Below are positions 12,440 to 26,299 of a DNA stretch of 64,000 bases, in pieces (position 1 is the stretch's first letter; each line of letters starts with the position of its first letter). Source of the stretch: Vicugna vicugna (Eukaryota); contig MU057560.1 of assembly GCA_013265495.1 (NCBI GenBank), positions 3,472,909 to 3,536,908 on the forward strand. The letters are read 5' to 3'. Position numbers and translations under genes: made by a program. The notes under the pieces were generated by a model. That model made no database searches. It was not told where the DNA came from and saw only the letters and a program-made list of their open reading frames with translations.

Positions 12440-13400
12440 GACCTCGGGAGGGTCCTGGGGGCCTCACGGGGGAAATGAGCGGACTAGGCGGTGAGGGGCA
12501 GATAGAACATTCCAGAACAGGGCGGGGGGCGGTCTGCCCGTGCAAACAGCTCGATGTGACTCCAGCGTGCTGTAGTCATAGGGAACAGGGGAGCTGCAGC
12601 TTCCAAAGGCGTCCGAGGCCTGAGAATGATTCTGAAGGTCCGGCCTGGTCGGTGTCAAAGGGGCTGCGGGAGGGAGACTGAGGAGGGAGGGGCATGATCG
12701 CGACTTCCCTGGGAAACAGACTGACTGGCATTCTCAGGCACGCCAGAGGGACAGGAGGAGGCAGGAAGATGCTTGAGACACTTTAAATTCCAGGCAAGGG
12801 ACGAGGAGGCTCTGAGAGCACTGTGCTGTCACAGGGGCACGCCCAGGAGGCCTCGCGGAGCCAGACTCGGGAGGGTGCGGACCCCTCACAGGAGGCGGCG
12901 AGGACAAGGAGGCCCTGGGCCTCTAGCACGCAGGACAGGGAAGGTCTGGACCTGAGATGAGGAGGCAAGTGGGCCTGGGCACAGCCTCCTGGCAACGCCA
13001 CCACTTCTGAGTGGGGCTCCTCGTGACCCACGCTCACGGTCAGATGGTACCTCCCAGGGGCTGGGGTCCCGGCCTTCCTGAGCCTCGGAGCCCCTCCCCC
13101 AGGGAGTCCCCCTCCCCCTGAGTCTGTTCCTCAGGGTGGGGCCCCTGGAAAGAAGAAAGGCTAGAAAGAATAGAGAGGCTCTTAGCACACGTTTCAGGAC
13201 TAGAGGGTCAGAGAGAGCAATGCAGACGCCGGCTGCCCCACACGTCCCTGGGGACACAAGATGCCTCGGGGTGGGTGGCCTGCCTGCTCCGGCCCTGGGC
13301 ACGCCTTCACAGTGGGGGCTGCCCTGCACCAACCACCCCCAGGGGCCCACATGTGGAATGGAGGAGCTGAGTTAGACTGGGGACCTGTTTCTGGAAGCAC
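12440..13400. mobile_element. Ancient LINE-2 fragment
   Basis: Purine-rich degenerate L2-like text ('ggcagatagaacattccagaacaggg', 'aggtctggacctgagatgaggagg'). Confidence 0.5.
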
Positions 13401-14004
13401 TGAGAGGAAGCTGTGTGCTGGCCTGACATGCTGCTGGACAGACGCCCCATCTCTGCAGCGATGACCTCGGTCCTGACACAGGGCCTGTTAGAGGCTCGGA
13501 ACAGAACTGACCTTCTTGGGGTCACTGCCAACCCTGGGTCACACTGGGAGCGTGCAGCCCTGCTGGGGCTCAGGCCCACACGTCACCCCTGAGACCCAGA
13601 CAGGCCACCCGCTTCCTCCACCCCTGGGGCCCTGGAGGTCTCATGCACCCACACCTAGAGGGGACAGAATTGGCAGCGGGGATGAGGGGTCCCCTCTGAG
13701 ACCCCCACCTGCAGGGAAACTGAAACAAGGGTGGTGAACCACTGACTGAAGGCCAGACCCCGAGTGAGTTTAAGTGTCCTGATTTCCACTGTTCCTTGCT
13801 TGTCTCTGGTCGGTCTGTGTTCTGTGCACATCAGAGGAACCACGCCTGGGCCCTCACTGCACAGAGCTTGGCGGGCAAGTGGGAAGGGGCCCTCCCGGCA
13901 TCCCCTCCAGCTTCCAAAATGGGTTCAGGCAGATGGAAGTAACTTTTTCATTTTATCTTACACGACGTTGGACATCTTGGGCTTAGCAGAGAGGATCCAC
14001 TTAC

Positions 14005-14332
14005 ATCACATAGACAAGAATGTGCAGAGAAGACTCCAAGATTCTTCCGAATGACTGACGTTTACGTGTGTTCTCAGCGTTTGCAAAGTGCTCACAGGGC
14101 CACCTCCCACCATCTCAGCAAGAGCTGGACCCGCACCAGGGAGCTCTGCGAAGGGCCAGAGCATCAGACAGGGCCCAGAGCTCCCCTTCCGGGGCAGACC
14201 TGTCACCCTCCTGCCACAGACGCAGGAAGCCCTCAGCTCCACCCCTGTGATCAACAAGGAGGCCGGTCTGAGTTAGGGCGCCTCCACCCGAGACAACAGA
14301 CTCAGCCTTGCTGGGTCGGCTCACGTCCATGT
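14005..14332 (-). pseudogene. Degenerate exon, RGS-like domain
   Basis: Perfect donor GTAAGTG. Reads ...HRGGAEGFLRLWQE..., and in another frame LAEMVGGGPVSTLQTLRTHVNVSHSEESWSLLCTFL. 5' boundary tentative. Confidence 0.5.
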
Positions 14333-14480
14333 CTGCAGGGCAGCGGGGAAGACCGCCGGGTGTCTGTCCACAGCCCCATGAAGCTCGCTCCAAAATGTTA
14401 CCTCCTCTCTCCACCCTCCAATTTATTCCATTCCCAACAAATTTCCAGTAAACATGAGAAATGAAGACAAATACTGGTAC

Positions 14481-14599
14481 AAAGGAGGTCATTTAAAAGC
14501 GTCATTACACTAATGCGCTTTTCCCGTTCTCTTCTCCGGGTGTGTGATCTCTCCCTGGTCAGACAGAAAGAGCCTTCTACCTTGGGAAGATGCAAACTG
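14481..14599 (-). pseudogene. Candidate linker exon
   Basis: Branch-point-like GCTAAT followed by acceptor CCTCTCCCTCTCCTCCGCTGTAG. Open frame SLHLPKVEGSFCLTRERSHTRRREREKRISVMTLLNDLL. Confidence 0.45.
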
Positions 14600-15269
14600 C
14601 TACAGCGGAGGAGAGGGAGAGGCATTAGCAGACTCCGACCCCCAGTGAGCGAGACATTCGCGTCTCGACTGAGACAATATTTTTAAAATTCACGTTGTGC
14701 GAGGATAAATAAATGTGTGCTCGTATATAAGCACACGTACACATGCGTACACACACACCTCTGTACACACACACGTGTATTACACTTTCTACTCCCTGAA
14801 GCTTTTCCTATGGCACCAAAGGCCAGGGTGGAAGAGCTCAGCGAAGCGGTGGGTGCGGGGAACCGAGGACGCGCTGAGGGCCCTACCTGCCCAGGGGAGG
14901 CCCTAGGACCAGGAAAGACAGGGGTCCAGACACCACTACATTTTCTACCTGACCCCCAGGTGGCCTCTGCAGGCAGGACTCCAGAGAAGTGTGGGGTCCC
15001 CAAGGACATGAGGCCCCTGGCCAGTCAAGCATGGCTGAGCTGGTCCTGGCAGACCCTGAGCCCTGGCCCAGCCTCGCAGATGCTAAGCGGGTGCCCCTGC
15101 ATGACACTCGGGGGCAGGGACCAAGGTTCCTGGGCATCTGGAGAGGCCTGGCCCCTGGACACGTGGGGCTGGTTTCGAGCCAGGGGACCACCCTGTGGAC
15201 GGGCCCGAGCGCCAGCCAGCAGGCAGCACCAGCACAGATCTGTCCCCGGGGGCACAGGCAGCTCCGCAG

Positions 15270-15394
15270 ATCCGGACGTGCCCCCAGGAAGCTGAGCCAG
15301 CCCGAACTCAAAGAGCCTGAAGTCTGTCCCTTGGTCCGTCCGCGTCCCTTCTCCATCTGGGAGGCGGACAGGCGCCGAGTAGCACGTAAAACGT
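15270..15394 (-). pseudogene. Candidate exon, end of an RGS-like domain (3' end unresolved)
   Basis: Strong acceptor TTTCTCTTGTCTGTTTCCCACCAG. Reads DVLRATRRL...QTSGSLSSGWLSFL. Confidence 0.45.
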
Positions 15395-15677
15395 CTGGTG
15401 GGAAACAGACAAGAGAAATCGGGAAAAGGCCGAGTCCTCCTCCCACCCGAGCTGGAAGCCTCCGTGACAACATCAGGACCGACCGATAACTGAGTTGAAA
15501 TACAAACACGGACATGAACGGCCCTACGTTTAAGTGTGACTGTTCAGCCGTAGAGTACAGACCTGGAGAAGCCGCTCTGAGCTGTCGTGGTGGTGGCACT
15601 GCGCAAAGTGAGTTTTTCTTTTCTCTATTTTATGTTTTTGGTGCCATGGTCACTTCACTGTCGTAAAAAGAAGGTAC

Positions 15678-15931
15678 ATTTATAGGAATAAAATTGTCTT
15701 GAGTCCACATTTTCTCCTGAAGATCAGTTTCACACATGTAAAGTCAAATTCGCTTTCTTCCCAGAAATTTTCTTGCTATTTGAACTAGTTTTCAGCTGTT
15801 TTCTCTCCCTCGTTCAGAGACATTCACAGAGTGAGAAGTTTAGAAATTCCATTTGTCGTTTCGGCAGGCCTGACCGGTGTGCAGCCCCCTCTGGAACGGC
15901 TTGTTCTCAGTCAGCCGTGAGTGGAGCTGGT
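15678..15931 (-). pseudogene. Degenerate exon, start of an RGS-like domain
   Basis: A frameshifted mosaic LTAD/ENKPFQRGL.../NGISKLLTL*MSLNE fits an AL.AD...PF..FL....L.LW pattern. Boundaries tentative. Confidence 0.4.
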
Positions 15932-18275
15932 CTAGAATTGTCTGTCTGTCTGCACTTTGCGTCTCACCGAGGGACCTGAGGAACATATAAGCTGTTGCTT
16001 TGAGGTTAAATAGATAATAGAGAACCCCATAAAGCTGCTCATCTGACACAGATTTGAAAAGTGAACATTTGCAGTGAATCTGGTGTGGGGGCCAGTTCTG
16101 CTCCCTGTTCTCCATCTGACAAACCAGCATCTGAGGGTTTGGGTGAAGCGAGCACAGCTGTCCTGACTTTTGATGCTGCTGACTTCTGAAGTCGCTTTTT
16201 GGAGAAGACGGAGTGAAAGGGGCTGGAGTGAGTGCGTTTGGAGGCAGAAGTGAGGCTGGAGATGAAGCCCAGAGCCAAGGCCCCGGGGGGAGGGTGCTGG
16301 GCGCGGGGGCCGCGGACAGGGCCCTCGCCAGAAGCTGAATAGAAGCGGACTTGGACCCAGTAGGATTAGTCTGTTAATCTCCTGAGCACTGACCGCCATG
16401 AGCTTTTCTGTTATGCCCTGTTTTCTTATTTCAAAGCCAGACCCTTCACTAGCTTCCCACTGCCCAGTAAGTGCTTCAAACCAGCCTGGGGTCAAGTGTA
16501 CCACATCTACAGTTGTTGCTTACATGTACTATTTCCACTTAAATCAAAATCATCCTTTATTATAAATCATATTTCACTGTATTACAATCTGTTATGAGAG
16601 CAATTCTGTCCAAATTCTGCAGCCTGAAGGTCTCTATACTATTCCTTGCATGAAATAGGGAGTAAAAAGAAACAGAACTTGGCCACAGGGAGTCCCAGAG
16701 TCTCAGAGACCATGTCCATTTCTTGTAAAGTGTCACCCAGACCCACGTCCTGGGCCCCGGGCTCCTGAGTCTCCAAGTCTCCACCTCTGTCTGGCATTGC
16801 TGTGTAGACACTGCACAGGTCACCTTCTATGTGACATTCTGACATTCCTTTTCAGTTCACGCTGTTCAAAGAGATAGTTGTAGCCAGAAAAAATGACATG
16901 AATTTTATTAGCAGAAGAGTCAGCTGGACTTGTACGTGTGTGCAAATGCTTTCAGACACTTCATCACAATCTTATGCAGCCAACCTGTCATCAAAACTTG
17001 TCAAGTGCTGAAGAGCATGAGCGACACTGAATTACACGGAGAGGCATCACCAGGGAGGAAAAGTGGCAAAGAGGGAAACTGGACGGAAGCGAAGCCAGGA
17101 CAGAGGCTACTCCCTCTCCTCATGGACAGAGACGGGTGCCAAGGGAAGCACCGCCACCGCGTCTCCAGCTCAGAGCCGAGGTCCAGGGCCGTGTGCCTGG
17201 CAGGGCCATGTGTGGCCGGGGATCCTCCCGCTTGGACCGGAGAGGCGGCTTTGCACTCATCTCTCCTCCCAAGGGTCGGGGCGCCTTGGCCATCGTTTCC
17301 TCATCAAAACTTAATGGAGCAAAATGTCTGTAATTTGGTCCCATTTCCTGGCCGTGCTCACAGCCACCCTGACCGAGTCTTTCCTTTTCCTTCATTGCTC
17401 TGTGAGTTTTCTTAACTACTTTTTCATACTTTTATCTATTACAGGGTGACAGCAGGCATCTCTCCTCCACATCTGAGCCCTGCACGTGGGTGTCCCCGTG
17501 TCTTTCCCGTCATGCATCGGTACCTGAACAGGTCGTTATTCTGGATTTTAACAAAGGCCTGTCCCTGGAAAGTGCCCGGCTTCGGCAATGGACAGACGCT
17601 GGGCTCAGATCCTCACGGTCACTGCCTAATCCGTGACCTCTGTGGGCTACGCAGGCCTCCCAGGGCTCAGTCGTAAACGTCACCGTGAAGTGGGACAGCA
17701 GCGGAGCCCAATTCACAGGACGAAACGTCCCATCTCCCACCACACTCAGCCTCTGGTTGAAGGAGCTGATGAGAACGTCCCCAGGCCTCAGAGTCTCTGG
17801 GGCGCAGGCTGCCACCTGCGCCGGCCCCAGGTGCTTCCGGAAGCTTCTACCTGCGCGCTTGTCCTGGGAGTTGCCGTGTCCCCTGAGCATGGCTGAGCTG
17901 AGCACCACAGACGCACTGAGAAACAAAATTCCACTAATGATCTTGGATGGTTTTTGTCTTACATTCTGTGCCTGTGTTTTATTTTTTATAGAAAATGGTT
18001 AAAGATTAGCATCAAAACGTTCTTGTGACTGAGATGCACACACATGTAGCTGCACGTCAGGGTAACAGTCTCCCCACGGGTGTCTGTGGCTTGCGGGTCT
18101 CAGGCCCTCAAAACCCTGAGCACAGCACTCCCATCGGGTCACAGCCCCTGAGCATCTGGGTTCCGGACCTCGAGGGACTGGCCGGTGGGAGCGGAGGTCC
18201 ACTTGGTTCCCCACTTTGCCGAATCCTGGCGTCAAGCAGCTTTAAAGGGACTTTCCCCCAGGGGGTCTCGCTCAC

Positions 18276-18348
18276 CCAGCAAGAGCTTGTCGTTTCTTTT
18301 ATTGAGTGCGTATGCTCTGGTCTCGCTGGAAGGCTTTGCTTCTGAAAC
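18276..18348 (-). pseudogene. Candidate exon
   Basis: Acceptor CCTCCCCAG, donor GTGAGC. Reads VSEAKPSSETRAYALNKRNDKLLL; phase-0 join with the upstream exon. Confidence 0.4.
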
Positions 18349-18848
18349 CTGGGGAGGCGAGGAATCCCACCGCCGCGTCCAAGCAGGGCGGCAACGCCAG
18401 CTGAGGCCAAGTGCCCCGAGTGTGGCCGTCTCTGCCTGTCGGCTGAGCCACCATGCTTTGCACCTGCTCCACTCAAGATGCAACAGCAGAAAGGCCTGCT
18501 TCTTCCTGGGCTGCGTTTGGGCCGGACCCCCAACTCGCCTGGAACCGTTTGTGGGACGAGGCAGCCGTCCGGTTAGTCACAGGACTTCCTTCTGCCTCAT
18601 GCTCTGCACCCCAGGAAGCTGCCCGAGTCTGGGGCTACAGCGAACTGTGGACGGAACTCCCGGGGCAGGGCGTCTGCTGGTGCAGGGCAGCCGCGGACCG
18701 AGTGTCCCGTGCGCGGCGCTGGCCTCCCCGATCCTCCTCCGGGGACACGCGGGTGCGCGGCTGACGCCAGCAGGGCATCCACATCCGGAGCCGCTGAGCC
18801 ACCTCTCCTGCCGGAAGGCAAGTCCACGTCCCGTCTGTCCCCACGGAC

Positions 18849-19114
18849 CTGCGTGAACCCTGCATTCTTAGAATTTGCTGAGATGTATTACACCTACTTC
18901 ATAAAATCAGCAAATTATCTCAATGAAGTTCTGATAAGAATCCTCCTGTTTAGAGAGGTTCAGAAAATTTACATTTGTGTTCCAACAGCCACACAGAATA
19001 GCACAGTGGTCCAGCTGCCACAAAAATTTGGTATTTCTTTTGTAAAAGTAGAAAAGAGTGGAACCAAGGCTGCCATTTTTCAGAATCTTCCTTCATTCTT
19101 TGTATTTTCAGTGT
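18849..19114 (-). pseudogene. Degenerate exon, RGS-like domain
   Basis: AT-rich coding-like island in GC-rich flanks, acceptor TGCTTTTAAACAG. Mosaic frames read GSLGSTLFYFYKRNT / GPLCYSVWLLEHKCK / YISANSK. Many stops. Confidence 0.55.
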
Positions 19115-19329
19115 CTGTTTAAAAGCATAATATTTAAAAGAAAGACAAGTATCAGTAAGTAAATCTGCATCCACACCAGAGACACACGTCATAAAGGTGT
19201 GTGTGTCTGATAAAGCCAGAGATGCCGCAAATGATCCAGTTTTTTAAGGGAAAAGTGATTAAAAAGAAATACATGACAGACAGATTAATGTTCATGATCA
19301 TAATTTTATTTCTACAACTAATCGTACAC

Positions 19330-19600
19330 ATTCAGTGTCTGCACTGTGGTAAGTTACACAAAGCTTACCAGCGTGCTCGGCCCAGCGGCGCAAATGGTCC
19401 ACGTGGCCACGCCATCTTCACCACCGTCCACCCCCAGAACACACCTCACCTTGTACAGCTGGGCCCTGTCCTGCCTGCACACTGACCCCGTCCCCTCCCC
19501 CCGCCCTGGCACCTGGAGTCACGCCTCCCGCCTCTGTGATTTTGACAACTCTCAGCACCTCGTTTAAGTGGAATCACACAGTATTTGCACATATGGCTTT
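19330..19600 (-). mobile_element. Old L1 (L1MA/MB-type) 3'-end fragment
   Basis: Contains 'ctctgtgattttgacaactctcagcacctcgtttaagtggaatcacacagtatttg'. Confidence 0.7.
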
Positions 19601-21299
19601 TAAGAGGAAAAACCAGAACTTCATCACAGAAGTTCTTCATCTTCTCTGAGTCCAAAGCAGATTTATTGTCATGATAACAATGAAATTTTACGAATCTGAT
19701 TTTGTATCACTATATAAGTACATTACAAAAACAGCTTTTAAAAACCAGAAAACAAAAACAAAAAATTATTATTTTAAAAGCCAAGTTTTCACTTTGTTTT
19801 TAGTTGTCTAAACTTAGCCTGTGCCCTCTGGCTGGTTTTTATAAGCTTGAAAGCAAGCCAGTTTCTTTCTTGGGGCGTTGATGGCTCAGGGGACTGGAAA
19901 CAGGAGACACACTCTTTCATATGCTGCACTCAAGCCCTGAGGACCCACACTTGGGACTTGGGAAGTTGGGTACCTGTGGTCCCAACACTCAGCCCCTGGC
20001 CACCACTCAGTCCACACCTAAGCAGGGTGTGTCCTGGAGAGAAGGAAGGACCCTCTGGGCACAGGATGGCCAGACACTGGGTTGTCCTTTGTTCTCTGAG
20101 AAACGTCTGGCTGCTGTCTGTTCAGGTGGCCGGTCGGTGAGCTGGACACTTGACCACAGGGCACAGCTCAGGGACAAAACGCCACAGGGAATGACGGCAC
20201 GTGGGTCGTGGGGAACTTCTGTCATAACCTGCTCTTGGAGAGTCTGGACATATGCTGAACGCCCACTGTCCTCAGACACACAGGAAACAGAAAAAGAAAC
20301 TTTACTTTGAATAATATCAGAGAGAGAGAGGGAGAGAGAGGTTTTAAAAAGGAAGACAAAACTTCAGAACTCCAAGATTTTAGGACAAACAACAAATTGA
20401 AGTGATGCCATAGATTTACCTAAAAACAATTGGACTTAATAAAATTTGCTTGGTCTGAGGAAATTATGAGCACCCTCTCACTTAATGAAATGTCAGCCAA
20501 AACAGCACTAGTAAACTTAACTCATCTTTCAAAACTATATTCTTGGAAGAGAGAACTTCATCATGTTGGATGGAATCCACAGTAAACTGATTCTTCTTAA
20601 GCCCCAGTGAGTGTGTGGTCCTTTATCACGTGAAAAACACACAATTTGGGTTTTATAATTAAATCAAATCTCAAAACACATTGAGCAGAATAGATATCTG
20701 TGTGAAAACAGTAATTAATGCTCAGAGAGAACACATGTCAGGTAGGCTGTCACTTTGAAAAATCTCAGAATCAGCTCATCTAAGCAGTCCAGTACAAACA
20801 TGGTATCTTTCCACTTTCTGTAGCAACTCTACTTTCCAAACGTGACTGCTCTGGTAAACGGCCTTCCCGTCCACCCACAGGGAATCCACGAAGCAAGCAC
20901 AGCAGCTGAGGAGAGCCAGCTGAGCCCGCTGACCCAGCAAAGCGAGACCACCGGCTTCTAGAGGAAAAACACCTTGTTCTCTTATTCCCTTTGCTCTGAA
21001 GCTTACAGTCGAAGCCAGCGCCTCAGCCAGAATCCAGATGGCTGAAGAGAGAGTTGCGTCTCACTAGGCAAACACACTGCGTTCCCGGGAGGGACTAGCC
21101 TTCAGCAACACTTAGGGAAGGTTGTTACCTAGACCTCGGAATTCTGAGCCGCTCGGGCCTGTGGTTCCGAGCAGCATTCGGGGCAGTTGGCCTCTAAAGA
21201 AGGCAGCAAGAGGCTGGCTGCTTCTTGGAGGAAGGGAAGCCTTGTCCCAGGTTGGCCAGTCTGAGGACAAATGGATGCTGGAGAGGCGGCGGACAACCA

Positions 21300-21510
21300 G
21301 GTGAGGGTAAGATCCGACCCACGCCCGGTGGGGACCCTCTTGCTGGGTTGCAGATGCCCAAACGCAGCAGAAGCAGAATCTGGGCCCTACCCTCACCAGG
21401 CCGCCCTCCTGACCGGGTCGCCTCTCAGAGGCCCCACCTCCTACCACGGCCACCCTGGGGGCTAGGGTTCCAGCGTGAGCCTGGAGGGGACACACACATT
21501 CAGTCAACAG
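21300..21510. mobile_element. MLT1-type LTR fragment
   Basis: Contains 'aggccccacctcctaccacggccaccctgggggctagggttccagcgtgag...ggggacacacacattcagtc'. Confidence 0.75.
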
Positions 21511-21529
21511 AGCCCTCGAAGGGTCACAC

Positions 21530-23539
21530 TTCTTTCCACTAATTTTCTGTCCTTACTCTTTTTTCTACTTTCTGGAGAATCCCTTCAATTTGCTCCCATC
21601 CCTCTATTACTACTTTTTACTTCTGCTAGCTTCTTTGTTTTAAGGCTTGAAGCTCTTCTCTGGACGTTTCTCCTTTTACAGGGTCGTTTTCTCCTTTTGA
21701 AGTCAGTGTCTCGTCTCCCTGAGGACACTGCTTACAGTCTTGGCCTGAGGGCTCTGGAAAGACCGTGGTGATGCTGGAATGGGCTTCGAGTCCTCGCAAA
21801 TCCACCCGCAAGCACACGGGCTAACCTGCCGGCAGAACCAACACCCACAGGTAATGTTCACGGACCCCGAGGATGAGTACCCCAGCCTCCACGGGGACCG
21901 GGCCTCCCCAGCCTCGGGACGGGTGGCACCTCCGTCTTCTCTTCAGACTTCATCCTCTTTCTTTTTCTGTGTGTGTGTTGTTCTCAGTCGTCCGCTTGGT
22001 CTTTATCATGCAGCTTTCCGTCTCCTTTGGGAAACTGTTCTTATTTGTCAGGAAAGCTGGTTGGAAACGGAATGGGCAGCTCGTGAGCTGGTGGGATCCC
22101 CTGCGGGTCGGGAGGGGCAGGGTCCTGAGCTGAGCTGTCCCGCCGTTGGGGCGTCTGTTCCAGCCTGCACTGGGGTTTTCTTCCGAGGGCGATCCTCCCA
22201 CCTCCTGCCTCTGTGTCGGGAGCCGAGCGACAGGCACTCTTGGAACAACGACGAGGAGGAAGGAAGGAAGGCCCACAGGTGCTCCCGCCACACCTGCCCT
22301 GTCTCCAGGCCCACAGAGCTCTCCAGGCTCCCCTGGGAGGGAGGAGGTGGTTCCCTGGCCCTGGGATCTGGGGAGAGGACGCCCTAACGGTCCAGCCCCC
22401 ACTCACACAGACTCTCTTTCTCCACCTGGCTTCCCTGCCTCACAGCTTCTTGGCGTCTCCAGACCCCAGGGAAACGACCACTTTGCGGTCACTTGGCTCC
22501 AGCCCTTCTCAGACCCCACTCGTCCTCCAACCCCGACTTCCGTCGGCATCGCTTGTCTGCTGTCCCCTCGCTGATGCTGCCGGCCTGCAGGCCCAGCGGC
22601 CTTCACCTGTTTCTGCTGGGTCGGAGAGCACTGAGGTGGAAGCGGGACCCAGCCTCCTGTCAACACGCCTGCCCGTGTGCTCCTCTCTCAGAAGATGGCA
22701 CGTGTCTTCCCGCCCTTGAGGGGCGGTGGCGGAGGCCAAGCAGCCCCCGTCAGCGGTGGGCCTGGCGCATCCCACGCTCTCTGGGTCTTCCTCCCTCCCC
22801 CCGAGGTCCTTTCTGAGCCCACCCCACGTCTCTGCGTTCCTGTGAAACAAACGCCCCGCTTCAGTTGTTGGCGTGGTCTTTGGGGTTAATTCTTTCAGCG
22901 CAGCTGTTTAGTTTAGTTGGTAGTGGCCCTAAAGCACCAGGAAAATAAGAATAACTCACAGGGGGGCGGGGGGTACGGTCCTGATGTCTTTGCCAGACAT
23001 TCAAGCAGTGTTCCTACCGGAAATTAGGAATAAAACCAGTAAGCTAGTCGTCAGAAACATCAAACCTAACGCCACACACGTGCATCCAAGTAGCTCAGGC
23101 TGAAAACCGTCTGCGTCCCGCACCCGGCAGGTCAGACCATGCCCAGGAGTCAGTAAGTTCCACCCTGGCTTGGAGAAGCCATCTCTGGTCACTCCGGGTC
23201 ACCCCAGGCTTATCTTCAAGGGAGCGAAACCCTCATCAAGTGTTTCTCCAGCTAGAAAGCCCAGGGGCCCCCAGCCCAGTCTCGGGCCCTCCAAGTCACC
23301 CACCCTCCTCCCGGCCACCAGCTGCCCAGAACCACCGTGAAAGCAGTGAGTCGTCCAGCATCACAGTCGGGAATTACGTGCGACCTGCGTTCTTCCCACG
23401 GGGCTCACCCGCAGAGGAAGACAATTTGCACTGAGCATCAGAGTCAAGCCTGAACCCACATAGCCCACCAGCTTGTGGCCTTTGCAAAGGTAACCGTTTT
23501 CCCACAAACTGTCTGAAATCTCAGGAAATGGCGGCTCCT
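21530..23539 (-). pseudogene. Cluster of candidate low-complexity linker exons (21530-21753, 21930-22056, from 22928, 23409-23539)
   Basis: Each has a pyrimidine-rich AG acceptor, and most have K/E/R-rich translations. No recognisable domain. Confidence 0.35.
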
Positions 23540-26299
23540 CTGAGTGGGACAAGGATCCTGAGAGGCGTCCCCATGAGGCCACGGTGCCCACGCAGAGGAG
23601 CACAGCTAACGCAGTGCGTCCGCGGCCCCCGTTCACGCCTGCTTTGAACAGAGTCAACAGAGACATTTCTTAGAACGCTCCAAAGCTGAGAGGCTTAGGA
23701 ATAATATTTTAACACGTAGTTTTTGTCGTCATTGTTCATGTGCCTTCTGTGTCTGTAAAGCAATGTTCATCTAAGTATTAATCTGATACGTAAAGAGTAA
23801 CCATTTTTGTCCCTAAGTTTCATCTCAATTTTAAAAAGTTGCAATTGATTATATTGCATTCAGTAGATTAAATACGAAGCTGAAATTACCCAGGTTGGTG
23901 ACATGCTCATCAAAGCCTGCACTGACCAGCTGCCCACAATCAAACCCTCTGGCTGCCCGGTGGTACCAGGACGAAAATGAACTTGACCGCGGTGTGAAGG
24001 GGGCCCTTCTGGAAATCCGTACCTCAAGCTGTGTCTGTAACCGGGACCCTAAGGACCCTCAGGGAGGAGACAGCACTTAGACACGGAGGAGCGGGTGGGC
24101 TCAGTGGCACGGACGGCGCACGCGGGGGGATTTCTGGGAAGGAAATAACCCCTGCGGCAGTGACTGCTGCTCGGCCACCCCACGGCCAGGCTCCCTTTTC
24201 TCTTCTTAAGCAACTGCCTGTGTTGCTGGGAATAGCAGTCGGCTCGGCCCAAGGGGGCTACTACACTGGCCTCAGGCCAGTGAGGTCTGGGATGGAAGCT
24301 TATGGGAGGCAACTCCAGGCAGGCTTCTCCAGGCAACGGGAGCTGAATAAAGCCCATTGGCACCCCCACCCCCCACCCCTTCCGACTGGAAGCAGGCGCA
24401 GTGGCTAAAGCTCCAGCAGCCTGCTTGTGACCTTGAGGATGGGACCCAAGGGTGAGAATGGTGCCCAGGAAGCTGAAACAGCCCGGGCCCTGGCACCCCA
24501 CACGGTGCCCCGGCTGTCCTCGCTCTTCTCTGCGAGGGAGTAACCCTTGGTGGTTTGGGTTTCTGTCATTGTGGCCGAACCCTGACCTGATCGACGCCTT
24601 TAATGGGGAGTGGGCATTTCAGCGACAGCGCGTCCACATTACGCTGTGAGCCGGTCACTGTCAGGAAGAGGGACATGTAAGCCTTGCAGACGCCCTACCC
24701 CGAGGTTCCTGAAGAACAAGTCCAGGTCATCTGGGCCTGGAGACCGGACCCAGGAGCCCCGTGCTGGCGACCGGGGAGGGGCTGGCAGTCGGGAGTCTGC
24801 CTGGGGGGGCCGCGGAGTGGACGAGGGAAGCCTTTCTCCACGTGGGGGGGCGTGACTTCCCAGCGCCCCTCGGGCCTAGGTCCCCAGTCAGACAGCCGGA
24901 GGATTCGGGTCGTTCTGGGGAGAGACCCGGCACGGACGTTCCTCCTGCTGGTGCCAAGCACCCTCGGAGCTGCCGTGGCACACGAACCATGGAAGCGGGG
25001 CGTGTGGCCATTTCTGATGAAAAACATGAATTTTATAATAGTGAAGTTTGTGTCTTCAACATTAGCTTAGCACTTTTATTGTTAAATAAAATTCCTATTA
25101 TTTTTATTTCTTTCCGTTTTCATATTTTACATTGTTTATTTTAATTACTAAATAACTGCTTTTCAAGTTACTATGAATTCCTATTTTTATTTTTGAAGTA
25201 TATATTAATAAATTCATTTTAGTAATTTATCCCCTTGTATATTTAATCTTTTGATGAATTTTATACTTTTTAAGACACTTTATTCTCTACCTTTAACTCG
25301 CCTTTTGTTTGTCACTTCACCCTGTGTTTCGTTTCTGGCACCCTTGAAGCAGACGGCCAGGTAAGGACTGTGGAGGGGCTCCGAGGGCGGGTGCCGGGCG
25401 CTGGGCCTCTCCCCCCTCTGCCGGCTGCCCCCCTCCGTCACCTCCCACAGGGGTCGGTGATGAATCGGAAGGAAAAACGAAATCTTAACCTGGGGAGTCA
25501 CATGTGAATGACCCGAAATGCATCTGCTCTCTCCGAGGATGGAAGTGCGTGGACCCCGGACCTCGTGTGCGTCACCAGGACTGTGGTTTGCAGACTCAAC
25601 ATCCCCCCGGGCAGGCAGAGTGTGGCTGAAGTCCAGGGGCTCCCCCGCACGCCCAGGGACCAGTGGAGCCTGGAGGGCCTGGCGCAGCCTGACCTCCCTG
25701 TTTTCAGAGAAAATGCTGATATGTAGCTTTCAGTGTAAACTCTCCTGATCTGTAAGAACTGTCAGCTTACTTTTTAGAGGGCCAAGCGCATGACTTCCGT
25801 GAGCCGCATACACCCCCAAAGGCACTGCCAGGCCTGAGGAGCAGCTGGACAGCCTGCTGGTGGAGGCCTGGATGTGGTCGAGCCAGGGAGGGGCCAGAGC
25901 CCCCCAGACGAGGTCGCAGAGCATCTGCAGACCTGCCACCCTCCTCTTGTCAGGACTAAGGCGGTTACTCCTGTTCCTCAGCAAAAAGCAACACCAGCGT
26001 TTACTCAGCAGGGAGACACGGGTGGGGGGAGAGAAGAAAATAACAGAACTGACGTCTGCAGATCCCTTCGCGGCCACGTAGAAAGGGGGCAGCCGGGCCA
26101 GCGTGCCCTTCCTCATTCGCTGGGGACGAGACACCCGGCTGTAAACACGTGCCCCCCTCGTGTGAGCTGGGCTAACGTGCGTGGGAGCCCTGACGCAGTC
26201 TCTGCTATTTCAGTTTAAATCGAGATGGAACTTGGCCTGAGTTGGGTGCCTCCTGTCTTTTTTTCCCTTGGATGAAATAAGACAGGGGACCACACGCAG

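Noticed and set aside
14883..15599. 238-aa minus-strand ORF as an intact gene
   Set aside because: GC-rich read-through; only ~15270-15394 looks like an exon remnant.
19600..21070. Further coding-like patches (19600-19710, 20520-20620, 20760-21060)
   Set aside because: They may be linker exons but have no motif support and weak splice sites.
25770..26025. Possible pseudo-exon completing the module begun at 27760-27903
   Set aside because: It has a good pyrimidine tract and a GTAAGC donor, but no acceptor AG and no convincing motif, so I left it uncalled.
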